Positions 6,756 through 15,902 of a stretch of DNA of 64,000 bases are shown here, piece by piece. The notes beneath the pieces were generated by a model. It ran no database searches, had not been told where the DNA came from, and saw nothing but the letters and a program-made list of their open reading frames with translations. How positions within the stretch are numbered: position 1 is the stretch's first letter; each line of letters starts with the position of its first letter. Position numbers and translations under genes: made by a program. The DNA comes from an uncultured Clostridia bacterium. GTDB taxonomy: Bacteria > Bacillota > Clostridia > Oscillospirales > CAG-272. The stretch spans positions 12,750 to 76,749 of the forward strand of contig CANPZU010000002.1 in the NCBI GenBank assembly GCA_947588825.1. The letters are read 5' to 3'.

Positions 6756-8978
6756 TTATTCCTCATCGTTTCTATCGCCGCCTCTGCGCGAGGGGAAGCG
6801 AGGACCGCGTTTTTTATCACTGCCGCGATCAAACGAGCGAGGTTTTCTATCCTCATGGCCTTCGGGTTTAGGAAGAGAGGCCTTAACGGAGAGGTTAATT
6901 CTACCCTTATCATCCACGCCGAGGTACATAACGGTGACGATATCGCCCTCGTTAACGACGTCCTCGACCTTTTCGACAAAGCTATAGGAGAGGTCTTTGA
7001 TATGGCACATACCCTCTTTACCGGGGGCGAACTCGATGAAAGCGCCGATAGGGATAATTCTTGTGACCTTACCGGTATAAATAGCGCCAATTTCCGGTTC
7101 GAAGCAGATATCGTCTATCATTTTCTTTGCTGCCAATGCGCCGTCGCGGTTAACGGAAGCGATATAGATAGTACCGTCCTCTTCGATATCGATTTTAGCT
7201 CCGGTATCGGCGGTAATTTTTTGGATAACCTCGCCGCCCTTACCGATGACCTCGCGAATTTTTTCCGTCTTAATATGCATAGTGATCATCTTAGGAGCGT
7301 TTTCAGCGACCTCAGCTCTCGGCTCAGGGATACATTTAGTGATTATTTCGTCGATAATATATTCTCTGCCGCGGCGAGTTTTATCGAAGGCGGACCTGAT
7401 TATTTCAGGTGTAAGGCCGTCGATTTTAAGATCCATCTGAATAGAGGTTATACCCTTATGGGTACCGGCGACCTTAAAATCCATATCGCCGTAAAAGTCC
7501 TCGACGCCCTGGATATCGATCATTGTATCCCAGCTTCCGTCCTCAGCGGTTATAAGGCCGCAGGAGATACCGGCTACAGGGGCTTTAATCGGGACGCCTG
7601 CTGCCATAAGTGCGAGAGTGGAGCCGCAGACGGAGGCCTGAGAGGTGGAGCCGTTAGAGCTAATGACCTCAGAGACAAGGCGAATGGCGTAAGGAAATTC
7701 TTCAACAGAGGGAAGAACGGGGAGCAATGATCTTTCGGCGAGTGCGCCGTGGCCTATTTCTCTTCTTCCGGGGCTGCGCACTGCCTTAGCCTCGCCGGTA
7801 GAAAAGCCGGGCATATTATAATGGTGCATATATCGTTTAGAGGTTTCCTCATCGATGGTATCGAGTTCTTGCGCGTCGGATATTATACCGAGTGTAGCGA
7901 CGGTGAGAACCTGAGTTTGACCTCTGGTAAACATACCCGAGCCATGGACTCTGGGCAGCAGGTCGACCTCCGCCGCGAGCGGGCGAATGGTATCCATACT
8001 TCTTCCGTCAACTCTTTTTTTATCGACAAGAAGCCATCTGCGCACTATTTTCTTTTGGATTTTATATACGAGTTCGGGCATCATTGCCTCAAGTCCCTCG
8101 TACTTTTCGGAAAATTCAGCAAGGATTGCATCCTGTATCGGCACCATACGGGCGTCTCTTACCGTCTTATCATCGGTATCCATGGCGTACATGACGTCCT
8201 TTTCGCAGAAGGCAAATATCTCGTCGAACATATCGTGATCCAACTCGCAAGAGGGGTACTCGAACTTAGGCTTGCCGACCTCGCTCACAATACCGTCGAT
8301 AAAGGTACAAAGTGTTTTTATCACCTCGTGGGCCTTCATTATAGCGTCGAACATTGTATCGTCGTCCACTTCATTTGCGCCCGCCTCGATCATTACCACT
8401 TTTTCATGCGAACCGGCAACGGTGAGCTGAAGATCGGACCTCTTTCTCTGTTCGGAGGTAGGATTGACTACAAGCTCATTGTCGACAAGGCCCATGAAAA
8501 CGCCGGCGATAGGGCCGTTCCACGGGATATCGGATATTGAAAGGGCGATGGACGTACCGATCATAGCGGTTATTTCGGGCGAGCAATCGTGATCCACGCT
8601 GAGAACCATAAGATTGATTGCGACGTCGTTACGAAGGTCTTTGGGAAATAGGGGTCTTATGGGGCGGTCGATCACGCGGCTTGTCAATATTGCCTTTTCG
8701 CTGGGTCTTCCCTCGCGGCGGGTATAGCCGCCGGGAATTCTGCCGACAGCGTACATTTTTTCATCGAAATCCACCGAAAGGGGGAGAAAATCGATACCGT
8801 CTCTCGGCTTTGCGGAAGCTGTGGCGGTGGCGAGGATAACTGTTTCCCCATAGCTCACAAGGCAAGAGCCGTTTGCAAGGCCGGCCATCTTACCCGTCTC
8901 AACTTTAAGCGTTCTTCCCGCTAAAGTTGTTTCAAACACTCGATAGTTTTTAAACTGCATTATTTCTGACATTGCCAT
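6756..8978 (-). CDS. pnp: Polyribonucleotide nucleotidyltransferase (PNPase)
   Basis: Full-length PNPase architecture by eye: two RNase PH-like regions, then KH and S1 at the C-terminus (..GKVTRIIPIGAFIEFAPGKEGMCHIKDLS..). The start is ambiguous among ATGs at 8978, 8972 and 8960. Confidence 0.92.
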   Translation of the reverse strand: MAMSEIMQFKNYRVFETTLAGRTLKVETGKMAGLANGSCLVSYGETVILATATASAKPRDGIDFLPLSVDFDEKMYAVGRIPGGYTRREGRPSEKAILTSRVIDRPIRPLFPKDLRNDVAINLMVLSVDHDCSPEITAMIGTSIALSISDIPWNGPIAGVFMGLVDNELVVNPTSEQRKRSDLQLTVAGSHEKVVMIEAGANEVDDDTMFDAIMKAHEVIKTLCTFIDGIVSEVGKPKFEYPSCELDHDMFDEIFAFCEKDVMYAMDTDDKTVRDARMVPIQDAILAEFSEKYEGLEAMMPELVYKIQKKIVRRWLLVDKKRVDGRSMDTIRPLAAEVDLLPRVHGSGMFTRGQTQVLTVATLGIISDAQELDTIDEETSKRYMHHYNMPGFSTGEAKAVRSPGRREIGHGALAERSLLPVLPSVEEFPYAIRLVSEVISSNGSTSQASVCGSTLALMAAGVPIKAPVAGISCGLITAEDGSWDTMIDIQGVEDFYGDMDFKVAGTHKGITSIQMDLKIDGLTPEIIRSAFDKTRRGREYIIDEIITKCIPEPRAEVAENAPKMITMHIKTEKIREVIGKGGEVIQKITADTGAKIDIEEDGTIYIASVNRDGALAAKKMIDDICFEPEIGAIYTGKVTRIIPIGAFIEFAPGKEGMCHIKDLSYSFVEKVEDVVNEGDIVTVMYLGVDDKGRINLSVKASLPKPEGHEDRKPRSFDRGSDKKRGPRFPSRRGGDRNDEE

Positions 8979-9120
8979 AATTAATTTACTGCCTTTCATT
9001 ATTTTTTCACAACGCACAAGCCGGAATAGGAATAGTAGACGTCAAAAAAGCTTTTTTTGACATTTATTATTCATATTCTCTTGCAAGTGCGCCGGGCTAA
9101 GCTGTATTTTGTCGTGCGTC

Positions 9121-9161
9121 GAAAAGCAACAAGCGGGTTGCCGCAAATAAAGCGGCAACCC
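9121..9161 (-). terminator. Hairpin/terminator between rpsO and pnp
   Basis: GGGTTGCCGC-N7-GCGGCAACCC followed on the minus strand by GCUUGUUGCUUUUC. Confidence 0.6.
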
Positions 9162-9174
9162 TATCCCGTGTTTT

Positions 9175-9441
9175 TTACTTTCTGAGTCCGAGTTTTTCGA
9201 TTATCGCACGGTAGCGCTCGATGTCCTTGTCCTGAAGGTACTTGAGCAGGTTACGCCTTTTACCGACCATTTTTAACATTCCGCGGCGGCTGTGGTGGTC
9301 CTTTTTATTGACTTTAAGGTGCTCTGTCAGCTCGTTTATTCTCTTTGTGAGAATCGCGATCTGCACCTCGGGGGAACCGGTGTCGCCCTCGTGGATGGCG
9401 TATGTGGTAATAATTTCTTGTTTGACTTCCTTTTGCAGCAT
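9175..9441 (-). CDS. rpsO: 30S ribosomal protein S15
   Basis: 88 aa with ..[32 protein letters not shown].. Classic rpsO-pnp arrangement. Confidence 0.95.
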   Translation of the reverse strand: MLQKEVKQEIITTYAIHEGDTGSPEVQIAILTKRINELTEHLKVNKKDHHSRRGMLKMVGKRRNLLKYLQDKDIERYRAIIEKLGLRK

Positions 9442-9527
9442 TTTTGTTCACCTCATAAAAATTTCGGACGGCACAGCAGGCGGCGGGTGAACGAACAAAC
9501 GTCTTATATCCGTCAGCCGAGCTGCCG

Positions 9528-9566
9528 ATAAAATAAATGTACTTTGCCTCGCGCTGTGAGGCAAGC
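9528..9566 (-). terminator. Probable terminator after the lipoprotein gene
   Basis: The minus strand reads CUUGCCUC-acagcgc-GAGGCAAG followed by UACAUUUAUUUUA. Confidence 0.5.
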
Positions 9567-9628
9567 TAAATTATTTTACCACATTCATTATTAAAATGAA
9601 ATATATTTTTTTAATGTTTACACTTAAT

Positions 9629-10774
9629 TTACAATCGTGTTGAGCTATCTATATAGAAATCGGAAAATATGCGATCAAGCATGAGCGCAAAGGCGTTATC
9701 CTGAACATATGAGAGATAATGCTCCTTGGCCGCCTTGACATTTTCGCCGTACCCGGCGGCTCCCAGCGCGCTTGCCACAAGAGAAGTGCATTTATCAAAA
9801 GCGGCGTTTGTGGGATAGAAAAACACCTGCAGCTCGCTTACGGGAATGTATGCCCTCTCCTCCGGGTCAGATGACAAAGGCAGAGCCATGCCTCCCACTC
9901 CGAATGACATCTTCGCGGAAAGCTCCTCTATCGCACTTATTTTGTCGATCAGCATGAGGGCGCCTCCCTGCCTGAACAGATCGGTATCCTCGCCCGTAAC
10001 CGCGCCACGAAGCGACTCGGGCAGCGCGACGGCGCTGACCAGCCCGTACTTTTGCGCTATCGCAAAATCAAAGCCCCCCGCCTCAAGCTCGCTCGCTCCT
10101 TCAAGCGTCTTGTTGTAAAAAAGACAGCACATGTCGTCGGGACTGTAAAGCGCGTCGCAGTAAAGAGCGTACAGCCCGTTGTATCCTTCGTTCAGCTTGC
10201 CGTTTACCTCCGAGTCAAAATACGGTCGCTCCTCCACAAAAAACGGCTTGGTCCTGAAATTCTGAATAAGCCCCTTTTCATAAAGAAGAGGCATGTAGCT
10301 GTATGGCAAATCGAGCAGATCGGCATAGTACTCGCCGGCAAGATCGCTGCTCTCAATGTATTTGAGCAGCGCCGGCTCATCCATCGCCTTCTCGTAAAGC
10401 TTTATGTTGTACTTTTCCTCGACCTTTTGGTTTCTCTCGTACGAGGAAGAGGCAATGTACGACGTTTCCTCGGGGAAAATCGCGTTTTTTCCCGAAAGGG
10501 TTATGACCGTAAAGTACATCTCATCAAAATTGTCGATCGGAAGCTCGTCAAGAAGATCGTCGGGATCATACTCGGGCTCTTTTTCCTCCTTCGCCGTCGG
10601 AACGCGCGGGATATTTACATCCTTGACGCTAATCGACTCAAAGGTCTGCTCGCTCGGCCGATCGTCCACGTCGTAAAAACCGACCACCCCGCACGAGGAC
10701 ATCAGAATGGAGGATATGATAAGACACAGCGCCGCAGCCCATCTCGGTACGGATTTTAAAATTCTTACTGCCAC
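9629..10774 (-). CDS. Putative lipoprotein (solute-binding-protein-like, function unknown)
   Basis: The signal peptide ends in lipobox ..ILMSSCG. Start placed at GTG 10774. The KERKERKER upstream part of the tracked ORF is a translated simple repeat. Confidence 0.45.
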   Translation of the reverse strand: MAVRILKSVPRWAAALCLIISSILMSSCGVVGFYDVDDRPSEQTFESISVKDVNIPRVPTAKEEKEPEYDPDDLLDELPIDNFDEMYFTVITLSGKNAIFPEETSYIASSSYERNQKVEEKYNIKLYEKAMDEPALLKYIESSDLAGEYYADLLDLPYSYMPLLYEKGLIQNFRTKPFFVEERPYFDSEVNGKLNEGYNGLYALYCDALYSPDDMCCLFYNKTLEGASELEAGGFDFAIAQKYGLVSAVALPESLRGAVTGEDTDLFRQGGALMLIDKISAIEELSAKMSFGVGGMALPLSSDPEERAYIPVSELQVFFYPTNAAFDKCTSLVASALGAAGYGENVKAAKEHYLSYVQDNAFALMLDRIFSDFYIDSSTRL

Positions 10775-10793
10775 CCGTCTTTTCCTTTCTATC

Positions 10794-10824
10794 CTTTCTT
10801 TTCTTTCTTTTCTTTCTTTTCTTT
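10794..10824. repeat. 9-bp tandem repeat x3.5 (CTTTCTTTT)
   Basis: Read directly, immediately upstream of the lipoprotein start. Confidence 0.6.
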
Positions 10825-10868
10825 GTAATAGGCTTATAGATGTATTATATCCCCTAATTGTGAATAAA

Positions 10869-12704
10869 TCAAACAAATTCTACGTCAAATATATCACACC
10901 ACGATGAAAATTGATAAAGCCACGCCATAAGCTGCGGCCTTGACATAAGCTGACCGAACCATGTGACATTTTCCCCGCCGTTTTCAATAAGCGAGTATAC
11001 CTTGCTTTTGTCGATAAGCTCGCAAAACAAATTGTCCTTGTCAAGACAGGAAGAAAGCAGCTTTTTAACCTCTTTCTCGTATTCGGGAGAGTGCGTCTTG
11101 GGGTAAGGACTCTTCTTTCTGTAAAGAATGTTGTCCGGCAGAAGATTTTTAAGCCCCGCTCCTTTGCGAAGCAGCGCTTTCTCTACCCCGCCTTCAAATT
11201 TTATCTCCCACGGTACGTTGTATACGTACTCTATTATTCTGTGATCTGCAAATGGTACCCTTACCTCCAAAGAGGACGCCATGCTCATCCTGTCCTTGCG
11301 GCAGAGCAAATGCTGCATGAAAAAAGCAGTCGATAAAACCGTAGCTCGCCTTGCCACCTTCGTTTCCTCACTGTCCGTATCAAGACAGGGCGCGCTTTCA
11401 ACGGTCTTTTTGTAGAGCGCCGACATGTAATCGTACCCTTCCCTTGAGCAAACCGCCTCCTCGCGAAAAAGCCTGCTTCTCGCATAAGGATCGTGTATCC
11501 ACGGGAAAAAGTCTCGCTCAAGCATCTCTCTGCGGTAAAACCACGGGTACCCGCCGAATATCTCGTCGCTGCATTCGCCTGAAAGAGCAACCGTGTGTCT
11601 TTTCCTGACAAGCGAACAGTAGTAAAGCAGCGAAGAATCTATGTCCGCTTGACCGGGATAGTCCCTTGCAATTACCGCGCCGTATAAACAGTCGGCAACC
11701 GCTTTGTTTGAGGCGGTCAGAACCGTGTGCTCGGTTCCGAGCTCTTTTGCAAGATCCTTTGCGTACTCGTCGTCACTCGCCGGCTGAAATAAAGTGTTCT
11801 TAAAGTTTTCTTTGTTGTTTTCATACTCGAATGAGTAACTTGACAGCTTCTCTCCTCTCTCGCCTAAAATCCGTGCGCCGATCGACGTGATTACAGATGA
11901 ATCAAGTCCGCCCGAAAGGAACGTGCACAGCGGTACGTCACTCACAAGCTGCCTCTTCACCGCATCCCATAATAACTCTATCGTCTTTTCCGCAGCATCC
12001 TTCGCATTGTCCCTGTTCTCCTTCGCCTCAAGCTGCCAGTACTTCCATATCCGCATGCCGCACCTGTCAATAACGGCATTCTCCCCCGGCGCTATCTCCT
12101 TTATGTCTCTGAAAATATCACTGCCGGGAATCGTCGAAGGCGATAAAAACAAAAGCTGCCATATACCCCTTTTGTCTACCTTCGGCTTTATCACTCCCCC
12201 TTTTATAAACGCCTTGCTCTCCGACGCAAAGTATACTTTGTCCCCGGTCCTTGCATAAAACAACGGCTTTACCCCAAGCCTGTCACGACTGAGATATACC
12301 TTGTTCTCGGCTTTGTCATATACCGCAAACGCATATATCCCGTTGAGTAAACGCGAACATAACTCCTTGTGCAAAATGTACGCCCATAATACTACCTCCG
12401 TGTCACACTCGGTACGAAAAATCGCGCCAAGCTCCTTAAACGCTCTGCGCAGCTCGGGCGCATTGTATATCTCTCCGTTGTATACTATCGTGTATTCCCT
12501 GCCTCTGAAGCTCACGCTCATCGGCTGAGAACCGTTCTCAATGTCAATTACGGCAAGACGGTTGTGCGCTAAACATACATTGCCATCCTCATAAATGCCT
12601 TTGGCGTCCGGCCCTCGGTGACACATCGTCTCACTCATCCGCAAAACCGACTCCCTCACGGCCGCCCCGCCGCTGATGTCGTATGATCCGCATATCGAAC
12701 ACAT
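10869..12704 (-). CDS. asnB: Asparagine synthase (glutamine-hydrolysing)
   Basis: Start set at MCSICG (N-terminal Cys nucleophile, ATG 12704). The PP-loop ..FLSGGLDSS.. is present. Confidence 0.88.
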   Translation of the reverse strand: MCSICGSYDISGGAAVRESVLRMSETMCHRGPDAKGIYEDGNVCLAHNRLAVIDIENGSQPMSVSFRGREYTIVYNGEIYNAPELRRAFKELGAIFRTECDTEVVLWAYILHKELCSRLLNGIYAFAVYDKAENKVYLSRDRLGVKPLFYARTGDKVYFASESKAFIKGGVIKPKVDKRGIWQLLFLSPSTIPGSDIFRDIKEIAPGENAVIDRCGMRIWKYWQLEAKENRDNAKDAAEKTIELLWDAVKRQLVSDVPLCTFLSGGLDSSVITSIGARILGERGEKLSSYSFEYENNKENFKNTLFQPASDDEYAKDLAKELGTEHTVLTASNKAVADCLYGAVIARDYPGQADIDSSLLYYCSLVRKRHTVALSGECSDEIFGGYPWFYRREMLERDFFPWIHDPYARSRLFREEAVCSREGYDYMSALYKKTVESAPCLDTDSEETKVARRATVLSTAFFMQHLLCRKDRMSMASSLEVRVPFADHRIIEYVYNVPWEIKFEGGVEKALLRKGAGLKNLLPDNILYRKKSPYPKTHSPEYEKEVKKLLSSCLDKDNLFCELIDKSKVYSLIENGGENVTWFGQLMSRPQLMAWLYQFSSWCDIFDVEFV

Positions 12705-12803
12705 ATATAGCAAATTTCCTTTCAAATAGTATTCCTTCTCAGTATATGCCGTATCCGACCGTCGGGATACATTTCGAAAAAACGGATCGCTCGGTTTTTT
12801 TTC

Positions 12804-12917
12804 GGGGAGCTTTTTGAAAAAAGCCTCCCCGAACCCCTGCAAAAACTTTAAAACTGCTAATACGGCCGCGTTTGTGCGGCCCCTTCGCGCCCGCAGGCGC
12901 GAAATCCCCTAAATAAG
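12804..12917 (+). repeat. Truncated repeat element: module A joined directly to the last hairpin of module B
   Basis: 12804-12881 matches module A. 12882-12917 reads CCTTCGCGCCCGCAGGCGCGAAATCCCCTAAATAAGG, which is the B 3' end. Confidence 0.8.
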
Positions 12918-12948
12918 GCTTCATACAAAAGCGCGGTGTCGAATTATA

Positions 12949-14505
12949 TTAAAGCTCAGATCCTGTATACCAATCGAACTTAAAGAGCTCGTCGTTGATC
13001 ATATATTCAGAGGGGAGGCTGTTATATGTTGCGTCGAGGACCGAAAGCTTATCAAGGCCTTTTGAAGCCGTTTCGAAAAGCGATTGAAAGAGCGGTTTAT
13101 CCTCGGGCGGCATACTGTCATAGGCGCAAGAGATAAAGAAAGGAGAAGCGCTTTTTGCGAGCAAGGTTGCCCACTGCAAATTGAGATTTTTATCGATTTT
13201 ACCGGGGATGATGCCGACGCAGTCGGCGTCGGCGGCGTAAAATGTATTATTTTGGCAAGATCGGAAGGCGAGAGTATTCACGCCCATTTTTCTTGTTCGT
13301 TTCCAATCGGTGCCGCTTGTATCGTCGCCGGTTCTATTAGCGTGGACGAGGCCGGCGGCGAGGTGTGAGATGCAGTTACAACCGAGGATCATCGCCTTAT
13401 TATGAGTGGCGTCGAGTATAGTTTTATAGAAATATTTAATTATTTCGGCGCTTGTTTTACTCTCGTCGGAGAAGGACCAATTTCCGTCGCAGAGGAGTTT
13501 ATTGCACTGAAAACCCCATTTACCGAAAATATCGAATGTTGAATAATCGTGTTTAATCAATTCATAGCCCCAATCGAGGACGAACTTTTCGGTATCCTTT
13601 TTAACAAAGTCAAGCACTTCCGATTCGGAAGGGTCAAGGGGGAGTTTCAGAAAATCGCTTGAATCCTGCGGTATATTATTTTTGTTAAGGCGCCAATGAG
13701 GGGGGATATTTTTTCTTTCGTCTCTGAGGTATCGGACCCAAAGGCCGGGTCGGACTCCGAGTTTTTTAAACTCATCGGCGATTTTTTTCATATCCTTAAA
13801 GCGTTCGTTAACCTGCCAGGGGCCGGCGCAGGGATTAAGCTGCCAGCCGTCGTCAACGACCATAAACGGGCGGTTTACAAGGCCGCTTGCGAGTTCGGCC
13901 TGAAGCTTTGCGTCCTTTATTATCTGCTCATAGGAGCTGTTGCCGTAGGCATAATACCAATTGTTTCCGCCATACAGAGGTTTATCGGGGAGAAGCGGGA
14001 GCGGGCACATAAGTCTGCAAAAGAGAGCGGAGGCTTCGGAGAAACTAAGGCCCGAGTATGCAGCGCTCACGACCGTACAGAGGCAGAGGGTTCTGCCCTG
14101 AAGACGCACGCCCTTACACCCGCATCTTGTGTCAAGAAAGAGGGATATACCCTTTTCGTCGTATCTCCAGCACGCCATAGCGTCGGGCAAGGTCATGACG
14201 CCGTATCCCGCAAAGACGTCTTCATGTTTTGCAAAGAAGTACCAGGGCATATATTGGCTGCCGTTCATGCTTTTAAAACCGAGGTCTCCGTACCCTCTTT
14301 CCCAGGCGTCGGAGAGAACGAGAGTATCCTTTTCACTTTGGCCGTACCAGCGCAAAAGTACGCTTTTAGGGCGACTGTTAACGGCGGTGAGGGTCACGCC
14401 GAGCATACCGAAATAAGGTTTTATTGTGAGCTTGCAGTCGTTTTCGGACGACTCATCTTCAAGCTCGATATGAGTAAAGTCAGGCATACGGTTAATATTT
14501 ACCAT
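12949..14505 (-). CDS. Putative glycoside hydrolase, alpha-galactosidase-like (clan GH-D type DDGW motif)
   Basis: 518 aa with ..GGNNWYYAYGNSS.. and ..FMVVDDGWQ.. reminiscent of GH27/GH36. The family assignment is tentative. Confidence 0.45.
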   Translation of the reverse strand: MVNINRMPDFTHIELEDESSENDCKLTIKPYFGMLGVTLTAVNSRPKSVLLRWYGQSEKDTLVLSDAWERGYGDLGFKSMNGSQYMPWYFFAKHEDVFAGYGVMTLPDAMACWRYDEKGISLFLDTRCGCKGVRLQGRTLCLCTVVSAAYSGLSFSEASALFCRLMCPLPLLPDKPLYGGNNWYYAYGNSSYEQIIKDAKLQAELASGLVNRPFMVVDDGWQLNPCAGPWQVNERFKDMKKIADEFKKLGVRPGLWVRYLRDERKNIPPHWRLNKNNIPQDSSDFLKLPLDPSESEVLDFVKKDTEKFVLDWGYELIKHDYSTFDIFGKWGFQCNKLLCDGNWSFSDESKTSAEIIKYFYKTILDATHNKAMILGCNCISHLAAGLVHANRTGDDTSGTDWKRTRKMGVNTLAFRSCQNNTFYAADADCVGIIPGKIDKNLNLQWATLLAKSASPFFISCAYDSMPPEDKPLFQSLFETASKGLDKLSVLDATYNSLPSEYMINDELFKFDWYTGSEL

Positions 14506-14622
14506 GGCGGATTCTCCTTATTAGATATAAAAAAATAAATTCACGCATGAATATAGAATTATAATAATTTTATCACGGCGAGCGGGCATTTTCAACAGTC
14601 GAATAAAAATTTAAAAAAACTG

Positions 14623-14651
14623 TTTACAAATTGCGCCGAGTGTTGTATAAT
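14623..14651 (+). promoter_or_regulatory. Sigma-A-type promoter of the cysE-cysS T-box leader (TTTACA-17-TATAAT)
   Basis: TTTACAaattgcgccgagtgttgTATAAT. Confidence 0.6.
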
Positions 14652-14657
14652 GATTAC

Positions 14658-14923
14658 TAAGATTTAAGATTATAGATTAAAGGCAAAGACCGGGAAGGTC
14701 GGCATTCCGCCGCTGACAGAGAGAGTCGCCGCAGGCTGAGAGCGACAGAGCGCAAAGGGGGGATGTCGGGTGCGCCCGCGAGCCGCGAGAGCCAAAAGCG
14801 TTTTTTTGCTTAGTAGCCCCCGACGTTCGGCCGCGTTAAGGCTTCGAGTGAGAAAGCAGAGTGGAACCGCGTTTACACGCCTTTGTATCCCGCGTGGGAT
14901 ATAAAGCGTGTTTTTGTTTTTTT
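14658..14923 (+). promoter_or_regulatory. T-box riboswitch leader, cysteine-specific (candidate specifier UGC at 14771-14773), with intrinsic terminator
   Basis: Stem I shows CAGAGAGAG..GGCTGAGAG. The T-box motif AGCAGAGTGGAACCGCG lies at 14855-14871. The terminator ACACGCCTTTGTATCCC/GGGATATAAAGCGTGT plus a T-run spans 14875-14923, upstream of cysE-cysS. Confidence 0.8.
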
Positions 14924-15141
14924 GCGGCGCTCGTCCTTATCTTATTTGTTATTTTATTATTTACTTTATTTTGTTTTACTTTTTTATTTTATCATTTTAT
15001 CTAATCATTTTATCTAACACAGGTGCAGAAATTATGATCATATCGTTAAGCTTCGGGCAAAAGTCAATTATAAACAGCCCGTACCAAAACAAAAGCGAGA
15101 GTGAGCGACCCGAGCGTCGCTTTTCAAAGGAGCTTGATACC

Positions 15142-15837
15142 GTGAGTGAGAGGATAAAATCGCTCTCCCGCGACATAACCGAAATAATAAAAGAGCTTCG
15201 CGCCGCCTCAAATGATATAAAATACGACATAAATCAGATACGCGAGCGTGATCCTGCCGCGTCCGGCAATCTTGAGGTCATGCTTTTGTATTCGGGATTT
15301 CACGCTTCCCTGGCGCACAGAGTGTCGCACGCGCTCCATTTAAGAGGGTACACGATCACCGCGCGTGCGATAAGCCAGCTTGCCAAGTTCCTGACGGGCA
15401 TTGAGATACATCCCGCCGCTACCATAGGCAAAGGACTGTTTATCGACCACGGTTCAGGAGTTGTAATCGGCGAGACCGCAGTTATCGGAGACGACTGCAC
15501 GATATATCAGGGCGCGACCTTAGGCGGCACGGGCAAGCACGTCGGCAAAAGGCATCCGACGATAGGAAACAATGTAATGATCGGCGCGGGGGCGAAGGTC
15601 CTCGGTCCCTTCAAGGTGGGAGACAACGCGAAAATCGCCGCCGGAGCGGTCGTGCTGAGCGAGGTCCCCGAAAACTCAACGGCCGTCGGCATTCCCGCAA
15701 GGATCATAAAAAAATCCTGCGACTCGCGTACTCAGGACCTCGATCAGATCCACATCCCCGATCCGATCGCAAAGGAAATAATCGAGCTCAGCAAACGTCT
15801 TTGCGAGCTTGAGAGAGTCCTTACCTTAAATTCTTAA
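15142..15837 (+). CDS. cysE: Serine O-acetyltransferase
   Basis: ..RERDPAA..LLYSGFHA..IHPAATIG.GLFIDHG.GVVIGETA.IG.. (hexapeptide repeats). Start placed at GTG 15142, 9 nt after AAGGAG. An alternative ATG is at 15034. Confidence 0.85.
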   Translation: MSERIKSLSRDITEIIKELRAASNDIKYDINQIRERDPAASGNLEVMLLYSGFHASLAHRVSHALHLRGYTITARAISQLAKFLTGIEIHPAATIGKGLFIDHGSGVVIGETAVIGDDCTIYQGATLGGTGKHVGKRHPTIGNNVMIGAGAKVLGPFKVGDNAKIAAGAVVLSEVPENSTAVGIPARIIKKSCDSRTQDLDQIHIPDPIAKEIIELSKRLCELERVLTLNS

Positions 15838-15902
15838 GCAAGAGCGGCAGCCCTGTTTTGCCGCAAGTCATAAAAACGTATTAGAAATATAGGAAATAAA
15901 AT

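Noticed and set aside
6254-6871. ORFs 6254-6463 (+), 6299-6631 (-) and 6590-6871 (+) in the rrf2-pnp intergenic region.
   Set aside because: Same reason: they are translations of repeat modules C and B, and they do not form a conserved reading frame between copies.
6855-7730. Long antisense ORFs inside pnp (6855-7730), with similar ones in the GH gene (13696-14538) and the RDD gene (60351-61193).
   Set aside because: These are typical shadow ORFs of moderately GC-rich coding regions, and the annotated strand carries the homology.
12705-12842. N-terminal extension of asnB into the repeat element.
   Set aside because: Glutamine-dependent asparagine synthases need Cys directly after the initiator Met (MCSICG at 12704). 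The extension overlaps repeat module A.
14908-15141. N-terminal extension of the cysE ORF.
   Set aside because: It would start inside the T-box terminator U-tract and translate an AT-rich repeat (FIIYFILFYFFIL...). The GTG at 15142 has an AAGGAG RBS and matches the usual CysE N-terminus.
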